NCBI RefSeq assembly: GCF_032191835.1
Contig: NC_083236.1
Location: 12,772,001 to 12,836,000, forward strand
Origin: Heteronotia binoei
Taxonomy: Eukaryota
Length of the DNA: 64,000 nucleotides
Direction: 5' to 3'
The position numbers were made by a program, and so were the translations under genes. This document shows positions 37,621 through 49,000 of the stretch, piece by piece. The notes below the pieces were generated by a model. That model was not told the origin of the DNA. It searched no databases and saw only the letters and a program-made list of their open reading frames with translations. Numbering within the stretch: the first letter of the stretch is position 1; each line of letters starts with the position of its first letter.

Positions 37621-39122
37621 CATAAGAACGTCTTATGTGACGCTGAAGCAGCCTGTCGGTCACTTCCAGGTTCCTGTCCTGCATCTCGACCGGTGTTATT
37701 AGTGACAGGCTGCTTCGGCGTGCCGCTGCGCCGGCCCCCTGGGTCCCACAACGATGGGACCGATGCCACAGGGACGGGCTCGAAACACTCTATAACCCCT
37801 CAAAAGAACAGCAGTCTAGCTCGCTTCCCCCAAGCCCTGCCGCCATAAGCCTCAAGGGGGCTCATTTTGCGGCATCTCCCGGCGGGAGGGTGGCACCCGC
37901 ACGGGACACATATCAAATGAAAGAGGGGGCGCAGGGCTATCAGAAACAGTCGGCGGAGGGAGTCGGGAGACCACCCCACTGGGGGATCCACACCCCGAAA
38001 GTGATGAAGGTGGCGCAGATAGAGCCAACAGAGCCAACAGGACAATATATATAGGCTGCATTATGCAGCACAGTTGAGAAAGTGCCTTATCCCATATACT
38101 GATGAAGTATATACAGGATATGAGAACAAAATTGTTTCCGGCGGTGATATTTGGGGGATTTTTGGGGACGTCACAGGAAGTGCTGTGAAGTCACTTCCTG
38201 TTTCCGGCAGTGGCATTTGGGGGAAATGATGTCACAGGAAGTGATGTCACTTCCCGTTTCCGGCAGGTGACGCGGGGGGAAATGATGTCACAGGAAGTGA
38301 TGCCACTTCCTGTTTCCGGTGGTGGCATGATGTCACCGGAAGTGACGTCACCGGAAGTGACGTCACTTCCTGTTTCCGGCGGCACCCCTACCCACCCACC
38401 CACCCCCCAGTGTCCCTGGCTGGCCTTCAGACATTATGGTCACCCTATACCTGAACCAGCTTCTGCCGGAATCGAACTCAGGTCGTGAGCAGAGGGCTCC
38501 GACTGCAGTACTGCAGCTTTACAACTCTGCGCATCGGGGCTCATAAGCATGGACTAGGGCAATGTAAAAAGACTGACCCAGATTAAAGGAACAGATTTGT
38601 CACGGACGCAGTGTAAATCCAGCAATATTTATCATTTTTATTTATTTATTTCTGTTTATATCCCACCCTCCCCACTGAAGCAGGCTCAGGGCAGCGAACA
38701 AGGCCAACAGGCAAGTTTAAATACATAAAACCAATTATTAATACTAGGTTCAGTTACAACTTCAAAACATTTAAAGCCGCAAATACAGTAGCATTAGGTA
38801 TTGTTTTCATAATGGCAGTGCACCAATCTTTCCATTATGATTTCCAACATAAGTTCAAATCTCCAGATATAGTTCAGATCTAAGGCGGGCTCTTTAAAGA
38901 CAATTCGATTTGTCCAACATGTTAACATTTCACATGGGACCAGACAGGAATCCGAGAATTTAACAGTCAAAGGCTTGTTGGAAGAGCTCCGTCTTCAAGG
39001 CCCTGCGGAAGTTTATTCTTCACTAGAATGACTCAGAAATCTTTTCTGCGGCAGGCCTGCATGCACTCAATATGTGCCTGCATAGAAGCCACAACAATGA
39101 ATCCCAAAGGCGCTGCACCATG

Positions 39123-39577
39123 TGTCAAGCATGCGGGTTCAATGACGAGTCAAAGTTGATACAAAGACTACGTTTATTGAGAGACCGATTCTTTGGTGTA
39201 ACAGGTTCTTGAGAGTAATTAAACCAATACATTGTTACAATACTTTTAAGGCTTACTTCAAAAGGATTCCAAGGGATGGGGTGCGGGGTAGCATTCACAC
39301 ATAAACTATCATAAATGTCTACATTCCCATAGCGTTATCAGGACTTCGTCCTTGCTTTCCCCAGATGTCTCGTACTCCCTTACAAGAATGTATGGGAAGG
39401 TGCTGATTACTTAGTTTCAGTTCTCACTACTTCTAATGTTAAGCTATAAAGCAAGACGGGGGGAAGGGAAAGAACAACACAGCTAACTGAGCTGGGTCCT
39501 CCATGATACTTCACAGACCAGGTTGAGACAGGACCCTATAACAATCAATTATCAATCGAATTTCACCATGCTTGACA
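39123..39577 (-). mobile_element. Solo LTR (455 bp), related to 33976-34481
   Basis: Perfect 11-bp inverted termini TGTCAAGCATG ... CATGCTTGACA; 5-bp TSD CCATG at 39118-39122 and 39578-39582; minus-strand AATAAA near 39174-39179. Confidence 0.88.
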
Positions 39578-39811
39578 CCATGCAGGAAAGAAAGAACATC
39601 AATCTGTGCTCTTCAAGAGCCAAAGAATTCTACCACCTCAATGCTTTGCTGCCTCAGTGATAATTTTCTCTGGTTCTTAGCAGCTGAATTGTTAAAGGCT
39701 TTTGCAAACAATAAAATAAAATATTAAAATTATGTAATATTTCAATACATACGTACTTAACAGAGAGAGAGAGAGAGCGTTCACAATATCAGGAGGTAAA
39801 TTGCCAGGCAC

Positions 39812-40301
39812 TAAGGTTGCCAAGTCCATTTCAATAAATATCTGGGGACTTTGGGGGTGGAGCCAGAAGCAAGGATGTGACAAGCATAATTGAACTCTAA
39901 AGGGAGTTCAAGCAATCACATTTAAAAGGACAGGGCTCCTTTTAAATGCCTTACCTCCAGTGGAAATAATGAAGGATAGGGGCACCTTTTTGGGGGCTCA
40001 AAGAATTGGACTCGCTGGTCCAATCTTTTTGAAACTTGGAGGGTATTTTGGGGAGATATATCAGATGCTCTTTTGGAGAGAGGTATCAGGTGCCTCTATC
40101 TCAAAAAAACAAACCCCCCCACAGAGCCCCAGATACCTGCAGATCAATTCTCCATTATACTCTATGAGAATCAGTCTCCACAGGGAATAATGGAGTGTCC
40201 AGCAGACATTTTCCTCCCCTCCATTTTCTGATGACCCTGAAGTGAGGGGAAGGCCTCCAAACCGAGGCGCCCTTGCCCCCAACTGGGGATTGGCAACCCT
40301 A
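39812..40301. mobile_element. TAGGGTTGCCA-type hAT MITE
   Basis: TAAGGTTGCCAA ... TTGGCAACCCTA; perfect 8-bp TSD CCAGGCAC at 39804-39811 and 40302-40309. Confidence 0.88.
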
Positions 40302-40469
40302 CCAGGCACTGCTGTGGCAACAAAATTGTTTGGATCATGCAAATTTGCCAATGAGATTGAGCTGAACACAGTACAAAGGAGAGTGCTTACCTCACTGGCC
40401 CAGTGGAAGATTTCAATGAAAGATTATATATTTTTGTCAGGAGATCCACAAGTTCACCTTTGAGTTCTT

Positions 40470-41000
40470 TCAGAACTCTTGGATGCATGCCATCCGGGCC
40501 TGGTGCCTGGTGACTTATCAGTTTTTAAATTGTCTATCAGTCATAGGACCTCCTCTCTCGTCACTTCAATCTTACTCAGGTCTTTCAACACCCCTCCCGA
40601 AATCAGCAATTCTGGAGTGGGCAAACACTTCTCATCTTCCACAGTGAAGAAGGAGGCAAAAAAAATGCATTCAGCTTCTCAGCCATTTCCCTATTGTCCT
40701 TCAATAATCCTTTTACCCCTTGGTCATCCAAGGGCCCCACTGCCACCCTGGCTGGTTTCCTGCTTCTAATGTATTTGGAGAAATTTTTATTGTTGGTCTT
40801 TTGTTTTTTGCAATATGCTCCCCATAGTCCTTTTTTGCCTTCCAGATCACAGACTTGCATTTTATTTGCCACAGCCTGTGCTCCCTTTTATTAACCTCAC
40901 TTGGATTAGCTTTCCACCATTTAAAGGAATCCCTCTTACCTTTTACAGTTTCCATTACTTTATTAACCATGCAGACTTTTTTTTAATACCTATTTTTGCC
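40470..41000 (-). mobile_element. CR1 ORF2 internal fragment, degraded
   Basis: KYIRSRKPARVAVGPLDDQGVKGLLKDNREMAEKLNAFF resembles the CR1 EN-RT linker. Confidence 0.8.
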
Positions 41001-42857
41001 TTTCCTGACTTCTGGTATATATTTTATCTGAGCTTCTGTACTTGGTACAATTTCTGTACTCGGTACAGACCACGGCATCTTTGGTGCATCCTTTGTAATC
41101 TTGATGTTTCTGGAGCCTTTGAAACAATATAAATAAATGATAATAAAAACCCATTAAAAGTCACAATTAAAAATTCCAATTTGGACTGTTCATGATAACT
41201 TAAACCAGTCAAATGCATCAGAAAGCCACAAACTCCTGAAAGAGGCTTTCTACAACAAGTTCAGTGTAGGAATGAAGACTCTCGACACATGTATTGAGGA
41301 AAGCTTGCTTGCTCTCTGCAAGTCCTCGTTTTATTTATACATCTCTAGCTGATGCTAATAATAATAAAACAGGAAGCATTTGTTCAATAGCATGAGGTTA
41401 TGTCTTCGTAGCCTCCAAGATTCGATACAGCCAGCAATTTATCAAGAATATGTGTGTCAGCAAAAGGAAGTGAGAATACGAGTGTAAGATGTCTGTGCCC
41501 TTTTAGCCTTTCAGACACAATGTGGGCGGCTCAGGCTGATATGCCAAATGCGTGATCCACCCACTTTTCTGTCTCCAGGCTTTGTGGGGTCTGGGGGCTC
41601 AAGCGCGTGAGCCCCACAGTTCAGGAAGCTGCAAGAGTTAGGCTGATGATCAGGAAAGAACAAGCAGGAGACCACAAGAACTTGTGGTGGGGGTTTTAAT
41701 TTCCTGGTTATTTCATCTTGACCATCTCTAAAAGTTTCCTAATAATTTCCTGATTTCTTCTCTCCTTCCCACCCACCAGCTAACCTACTTTTATCTTTCC
41801 CTCCAATTTTCCTCCCTTTCCTCCTCTGGCACCCTCTCCCAAGGAAAACTCTGACAAAGTTGTGTAGCCCCAGCCACAGCTCTGGGTTGGGGGCGGGGTG
41901 AGTTACATGGTGTGGAACCTGCAAGAACTAGTCCTAGGTCATTCGGCAAGCTTCCACAGAAGAGTGGTGATTTAAACCTGGGTCTCCCATATCCTACTCA
42001 GACCTAGGGGTGTCAAACATGTGGCCCACAGGCCAGATGTGGCCCACTGAGCTCAAATCTGACCCACAAGCAACTTCCTTACCCTGCTTCCTTTTCCAGG
42101 GCTGTTGCTACTGTTGCCAGGTCTAACTCAAGAATATCTGGGGACTTTGGGGGTGGAGCCAGAAGCAAGGGTGTGACAAGACAACTGAACTCCAAAGGGA
42201 GTTCTGGCCTTCCTTCCATTTGGAAAGAATGAAGGATAGGGGCACTTTCTTTTGGGAAGTGTTTTGAGGAGAGGCATCAGATGGTATGCTGAAACTTGTG
42301 TGCCTCTACCTCAAAATAGACCTGCCTGAAGCCCCTGATACACATAGAATGATTCTCCATTATACCCTAAGGAGACCGGTTCCCATAGGGTATAATGGAG
42401 TGCCCAGCAGACATTTCCCTCCCCCCTCATTTTTGATGACCCTGAAGCAGGGGGACCTCCAAACTAGGGGATCCCCTGCCCCCCACCGTGGATCAACCCC
42501 CACCGTGGATCAACACGGATAACAGAGCAGGGAATAAAGGTAAACACCTCCGTGAAAACCAGCCTCTAAACTGAATATATAAATATCACAATTTAAACAA
42601 ATTCTAGAAAAATCTTCAAAGTGTATTCAAAGTCATTAAACATTAATACAAATCAAGAACATATACCTCACCCTGAAGTCATTCAAAGACAAACCAATGT
42701 CCACAAACTTTCAATCGCCAAATGAAGGTAGAAATTCGAGTGATAAAGTCTCATATGAAGAACGATGCTTCCAAATTTTCGGTGGGAAATACTATTTCAG
42801 AGAACTCTTCTTCTGTACAGCGAGGTACATAAATTGTATAACATGACGCGGTAGTAC

Positions 42858-42890
<33 letters not shown>

Positions 42891-42934
42891 TTTTATTTAT
42901 ATCCCGCCCTCCCCACCTCGGCAGGCTCAGGGCG

Positions 42935-43232
42935 GCTAAATAGATTTTATATGGTTCAATATTTCATTTTTGTGCACAACTTGTAGAAGCGAGAGTGTGA
43001 AACGTGGGATCTGATCTGATGCCTCTCCTCAAAACACTTCCCAAAAGAAAGTGCCCCTATCCTTCATTCTTTCCAAATGGAAGGAAGGCCAGAACTCCCT
43101 TTGGAGTTCAGTTGTCTTGTCACACCCTTGCTTCTGGCTCCACCCCCAAAGATCAGATCCCACGTTTCGCACTCTCGCTTCTACAAGTTGTGCACAAAAA
43201 TGAAATATTGAACCATATAAAATCTATTTAGC
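42935..43232. repeat. 82-bp inverted repeat enclosing a 138-bp inverted copy of 42145-42282
   Basis: Arms 42935-43016 and 43151-43232 differ at one base; the core 43014-43151 is the exact reverse complement of 42145-42282. Confidence 0.93.
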
Positions 43233-43733
43233 ACTACCCGTGGGAAAATCCCTAGACGGGAAAAAAACATACCTTTCTTCAAACCTTAACTTCATTTTAA
43301 TGCTGCTGCTTCCAATATGCTTTACAAGGTATGGTCAATTTCCTAATCCTCTCTAGGAGACATTTGCTTTTAAAACCCACAGGTGAGTGCAATTTCAATG
43401 TTCTTTAAAGATACAGCATCTCAAAGCTAACAGTGATACCTCCCTATATTAGTACATGATGGTAAATAACGTATCAAAAACAATTAAATTGGATGACCAC
43501 AGAATGCATAAATTGCATTTCTAGGGTCGCTATGTTTGATGGTTCCTTGCATCGCACTAAGAATACAACTGCAGTGGAAGGCAGCTTAACATGCGCTTTT
43601 CATTATTCCAATTTGTCATACCCTATCCAGAATATCCTGAAAAAGTTCTGGTTCCTAGTTAGGGATTTACCAGGGTGTCAGAAATTCACAAGGACTGGCT
43701 ATAGTAGAACTAGAAATTTGGGAGACACCCTGG

Positions 43734-44220
43734 TAGGGTTGCCAAGTCCAATTCAAGAAATATCTGGGGACTTTGGGGGTGGAGCCAGGAGGCATTAGGG
43801 GTGGAGCCAAGATCAAGGCTGTGACAAGCATAATTGAACTCCAAAGGGAGTTCTGGCCCTCACATTTAAAGGGACGGCACACCTTTTCAATTCCTTCCTT
43901 CCCAAGGCAATAATGAAGGATAGGGGCTCCTTCTTTTGGGGCTCATAGAATTGGACCCCCGGTTCCAATCTTTTTGAAACTTGGGGGGTATTTTGGGGAG
44001 AGGCACTAGATGCTATACGGGAAATTTGGTGCCTCTACCCCAAAAAACAGCCCCCCCCCAGAGCCCCAGATACCCGCGGATCAATTCTCCATGATTTTCT
44101 ATGGGAATAAATCTCCATAGGGAATAATAGAGTTCCCAGCAGACATTTCCCTCCCCCGCTTTCTGGGGACCCTGAGGGGGGGTGGGGGGAGGGCCTCCAA
44201 ACTGGGGATTGGCAACCCTA
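43734..44220. mobile_element. TAGGGTTGCCA-type hAT MITE
   Basis: TIRs present; perfect 8-bp TSD CACCCTGG at 43726-43733 and 44221-44228. Confidence 0.9.
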
Positions 44221-44479
44221 CACCCTGGTAGGGGATTGGCAACCCTACACCCTGGTAAGATCAGATTTTCAAAGATCTTCTAACTCCACGAATGTCAATG
44301 GGGGCCATTTTAAATGTGGGGCGTGTTTAGCATGCTCTTTATCTCTAGAACTAAGACTATTTGTATATCCGGACACAGGTTATAAGTTATATCTGAGAGA
44401 TACTACTGCCTGCTCTACCAAGCAATGTGTCTATATTTTATTATTCCCATGTCAAAAGATCTACTTGGGAAGCATGACA

Positions 44480-44830
44480 TGTGTTATCCAGACACGTTGT
44501 CCTCGAGCATAAATCCAGAATTAAGAACTTTGTGGCTGACGCTCCTCTTGTTGAACATTTTAGGAACCTCCAGCACGACCCTAATTCTTAAAGATTCTTT
44601 GTGGTCGAAAAGTTTCCTCAGATTACAGGGCAAAGTTGACATCACAAAATGGTTATTGAGACGTGAAATGAGGTGGATTTTTATATTGCGAACACTGACA
44701 CCTATAGGTCTTAACCACGACTGGGGTCTTTCTTGCTGTTTGTAATCATTGCTTTTTTGTAATAAATCATTGTAATCATGGTTATTCTTGCAATTTATGC
44801 ATTCTGTGGCCTCTTTTTGGTTTTTCAAAA
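44480..44830 (-). mobile_element. Possible highly degraded Penelope-like GIY-YIG fragment
   Basis: CINCKNN...SLRIRVVLEV is loosely reminiscent of PLE endonuclease regions; judged by eye only. Confidence 0.25.
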
Positions 44831-44869
44831 TATGGTAATCTGCACAGAGGAGTGAGGCGCTTCTGCACA

Positions 44870-45600
44870 ATAAGCCCTGGCGCGGTCCGGCTGTTCCCAC
44901 TACCCTCGCCCCCGACAAAGAAGAGGCCCAAGGGAGTCTCGGCTCGGTTCTTTCTTGCAGACGACGCGTTGGCCGGGAGCTCTCTCCAGCGAAGGAAGGA
45001 AGCCAGCCCAGCCAGCGCCTCCCAAAGCTGCGGCCTACCTCGGCCCGGCCACAGCGCCGTTGCCTTGACAACCATCAGGCGGAGGCTCCGAAGCGCCTCC
45101 AAGGAGAACCAAACTCCCTCCCCCGCCCTCCAAAGGCCGCTGCCTCACCCGAACGTGCTGGAGGTCGGGCAGAACATGCCGCCCTCGTGATTGGCTGTGC
45201 TCTCGCCTTAGCCGCTGATTGGACGAAGGGGGTTGCGTCAGGCGATCGGGGCGCGGGGCGGAGTCATTTTCCAGGCAGAAGCGGCAAGATGGCGGCGGCA
45301 GTGTGGGCAGCGCAGCGCTTTGGCGGGCGGGCTGTTCGCCTCTTCCTCCTACCGGGCCGGTAAGGCGAGACCAACCCAGCCCTTCCCCGGAGATCGGGCC
45401 CCAGCCGAGGCCCCGCCTGGCCTGGCCGCGAGGGAGCGGGAAGGGGGACGGCCGAGCTGCACGTGGGTGAAGCGTGCCAGGGGACCTGAGCCACGGGCCT
45501 CCCCCTGGTCACAAAAGGAAAGCAGGAGCGGCGGGGCCTCTATCCCAGCCTGCTGGAAGGGAGTGGAGCCTGCGGAAGAGGGAGGCAGCAGACGTAGGAA
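44870..45600 (+). promoter_or_regulatory. GRPEL1 CpG island and promoter
   Basis: GC/CpG-rich; ATTGG at 45190-45194 and 45218-45222; TGCGTCA near 45234; GC box GGGGCGGAG at 45255-45263; YY1-like AAGATGGCGGC over the start codon. Confidence 0.75.
45289..45359 (+). CDS. GRPEL1: GRPEL1 exon 1 (mitochondrial targeting peptide), phase 2
   Basis: AAGATGGCG start in a CpG island; MAAAVWAAQRFGGRAVRLFLLPG(R), Arg/Ala/Leu-rich with no acidic residues; GTAAGG donor at 45360; frame joins exon 2. Confidence 0.88.
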
Positions 45601-45876
45601 GGGGGAAACCAAATCCTTGCAAACACGAGAGAGCAGGAGCGCCTTAAAAACTGACACTGTCTCTGGCGGGATGAGCTTCCGTGAGTCCCTCACGTTGCAG
45701 GTTTTGTCAGTCTTTAAGGTGCTTCTGAACTCTTGCTCTTTTCTACTGCCCATCCTGATATATTTCTTCTTACGCACAGAAAGCTAGCAGATCGGGAAAA
45801 GGACTTAACCTCCCTGTTCTCTTGCTGCGCTGGTTGTCAGGGCATTTTTCGAAACGTAGGGCCCTGCTCCATCACG

Positions 45877-46089
45877 TGAACATATGAAGCTGCCTTATAC
45901 TGAACCAGACCCTGGGTCCATCAAAGTCAGTATTGTCTTCTCAGACTGGCAGCGGCTCTCCAGGGTCTCAAGCGGAGGTTTTTCACACCTATTTGCCTGG
46001 ACCCTTTTTAGTTGGAGATGCCAGGGATTGAACCTGGGACCTTCTGCTTCCCAAGCAGATGCTCTACCACTGAGCCACCGTCCCTCCCC
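45877..46089 (-). mobile_element. Same tRNA-derived SINE family, GRPEL1 intron 1
   Basis: Full-length reverse-complement copy; its head carries the 3.39-kb insertion. Confidence 0.85.
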
Positions 46090-49000
46090 AATAGTATCTG
46101 TCAGTGTGCAGTTCCCCTTGCAGGGTTACCACGTACCACAGACCAGTGGTGGGGTATGCGGGGGGGGGGGGGGTAGGATTGCCAGCTCCAGGTTGAGAAA
46201 CCCCTGGAGGTTTAGAAGTGGAGCCTGAGAAGGACAGAGACCTCGGTGGGGTACAATTCCATAGAGTCCGCCCTCCAAAGTATCGATTTTCTTCAGGGGA
46301 CCTGATCTCTGTGGTCTGGAAATGATGTGTAATTTCAGAAGACCCCCTGGCCCCAGCTGGAGGCTGGCATCCCTAGGAATTCTGCTAGACCAAGGGGGAT
46401 GATGTGGTTGTGGAGGAAGCCGACTGCTGGTTCCACATGAGATGTGCACTGCTACGTAGGGTTTTGGCTCCGGGCTTCCCCAGATATCAACCAAAAGAAC
46501 AGTGGGTACAACCACACCCCACATAGAGGGGTGAAGAGCACAGATCCAGGAAGCTGGGGAAACTGGAGAGAGGGATTGCTAGAAAAGAGAGGGATTGTCC
46601 ACCACAGGAAATGCTCTCTTCCTTCTTGCCTGTCACAGGAGTAGGTCAGTAATGGAGAGGAGTTGTGTGAGCTCTGGATGGAGGGAGGATATCTGCTCTC
46701 TTGGCCGTCTTCTTTCTTTTCGCTCTCCTTGACTGGCAGCTTCTCCTTGGCTCTGAGCTTCCTTGTCCTCCATGTCCCTTGGCTTCCCACTATTCCCCTG
46801 TGCACAGAGTGGAGCATGTCTCCAATTACTGACCTCTACCAATGTTTTAATAAAATGTGTGGATTGGGTCTAAAGCACCAGCAGTAGATTGANNNNNNNN
46901 NNNNNNNNNNNNNNNNNNNNNNNNNNNNNNNNNNNNNNNNNNNNNNNNNNNNNNNNNNNNNNNNNNNNNNNNNNNNNNNNNNNNNNNNNNNNNNNNNNNN
47001 NNNNNNNNNNNNNNNNNNNNNNNNNNNNNNNNNNNNNNNNNNNNNNNNNNNNNNNNNNNNNNNNNNNNNNNNNNNNNNNNNNNCCCTCCCCCATTCTGCT
47101 CAAGGAAGTTACAGAACCTTCTGGAACAGAATGGGATCTTCACCAAGATGAGGAAACTGGCAAAAATAGCAAAATGGCAGCTTTGGATCCAGCCTTGAGT
47201 TTGAAGTTTTGTTTTGTGATTGCCTTAAGTTAAGGCCCCGTGACACAGAGTGGTAAAGCAGCGGTACTGCAGTACTGTGGTCTGAACTCTCAGCTCATGA
47301 CCTGAGTTTGATTCCGGCGGAAGCTGGATTCAGGTAGCCGGCCCAAGGTTGAGTCAGCCTTCCATCCTTCCTAGGTTGGTAAAATGAGTACCCAGCTTGC
47401 TGGGGGGAAAGTGTAAAAGACTGAGGAAGGCAATGGAAAACCACCCCATTAAAAGTCTGCTGTGAAAATGTTGTGAAAGCAACGTCACCCCAGAGTCAGA
47501 AACGACTGGTGCTTGCACAGGGGATCTTTCCTTTCCTTTTCCTAAGTTACTCTGGTTTTTGGTATCCTGAAGACATCACAAAATTTAATTTTCTGCTTTT
47601 ACAACATCAAGATAAAGGCAGTATGGATTGTGTTATTTTCAAATGCAATCCATTATGGAGAGCACAGGCCACCAATAGCGGTTGCTACTCAGTGCTGACA
47701 TAAGGTCTCCATCTCTGGGTTGAGAAATTCTGGGGGGTTTGGGAGTTGAGCCTGAGGAAAGGCAGGTTTGGGGAAGGGAAGAACTAAAACAGTGTATAAT
47801 GCCATAAAGTCTACTGTCCAGAGTAGCCATTTTCTTCAGATGGATAATAAAATAAAAAAAAAAATTATTTATATCCCGCCCTCCCCGCCGAAGCGGGCTC
47901 AGGGTGGCTAACAACATTTTCACATAGTTATACAAAGTTTAAAATTACATTAGCTTTAAAACATTCCAATTAACCAAATACAATACAGATTTCCAGGTGC
48001 TAATTCCATTTATAAAATGACAGTAGCGAAAGTCACCCAACAGCAATCTCTCAGCCAGCAAAGGCCATCCTGAAAAGAGTGGTCTTGCAGGCCCTGCGGA
48101 ACTGGTCAAGGCACCGCAGGGCTCGTACTTCTTCCGGAAGCTGGTTCCATAGGTGTGGAGCTGCGATGGAGAAGGCCTGTGTACGGGTATTATGAAGTTT
48201 GGCCTCCTTTGGTCCAGGGATAGTCAGCTGGTTCTTCCCTGCTGACCTCAGTGCTCTCGGGTTCGTATGGGGAGAGATGGTCCCTCAGGTAGGCAGGTCC
48301 TCGGCCATATAGGGCTTTAAAGGTAATAACCAGCACTTTGTAATGAACCCGGTAAGTAACGCAACCAGTGCAGTTTGCGTAGCCCCAGCTGTATGTGCTC
48401 CCATTTCGGGAGCCCCAATATCAGCCTAGCCGCCGCGTTCTGCACCAGCTGCAACCTCCGGGTTCGGCACAGAGGCAGCCCCATGTAGAGGGCATTACAG
48501 TAATCCAATCTTGAGGTGACCGTTGCATGGATCACTGTTGCTAGGTCTTGGCGCTCCAGGAAGGGAGCCAACTGCCTTGCTCGCTTCAGGTGGAAAAACA
48601 CCGACTTGGCAGTGGCTGCTATCTGGGCCTCCATTGATAATGAAGGCTCCAGTAGGACTCCCAAGCTCTTGAACCGGTGCGCCGCTTTCAGAGGCACACC
48701 GTCAAAAACCGGGAGAGGTATTTCCCTCCCTAGGGCGCCGCAACCCACGCAAAGGACCTCTGTCTTCGTCGGGTTCAGCTTCAGCCCACTCAGCCTAAGC
48801 CAAGTTGCCACGGCCTGCAATGCCAGGTCCAAATTCTCTGGACCGCAGTCAGGCCGGCCATCCATTAGCAGATAGAGCTGGGTGTCATCTGCATATTGGT
48901 GACACCCAAGCCCATACCTCTGGGCAATCTGGGCAAGGGGGCGCATATAGATGTTAAATAGCATCGGGGAGAGAACTGCTCCCTGCTGCACCCCACAATC

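Larger units (their letters stand above)
35700..38447. mobile_element. Non-autonomous hAT-like element carrying two different tandem arrays
   Basis: Ends TAGGGTGGCCA ... TGGTCACCCTA; TACCTGA duplicated at 35693-35699 and 38448-38454; the interior contains an N-run. Confidence 0.78.
35489..38544 (-). mobile_element. Sauria-type SINE (35489-35699 plus 38448-38544) split by a 2.75-kb insertion
   Basis: The SINE halves join in register at ggctacctga|accagcttc; 12-bp TSD AAGCATGGACTA at 35477-35488 and 38545-38556. Confidence 0.88.

Noticed and set aside
37640-37721. 18-bp stem with a long loop as a pre-miRNA
   Set aside because: The loop and bulge are too large for a canonical precursor, it lies inside a transposon, and there is no expression evidence.
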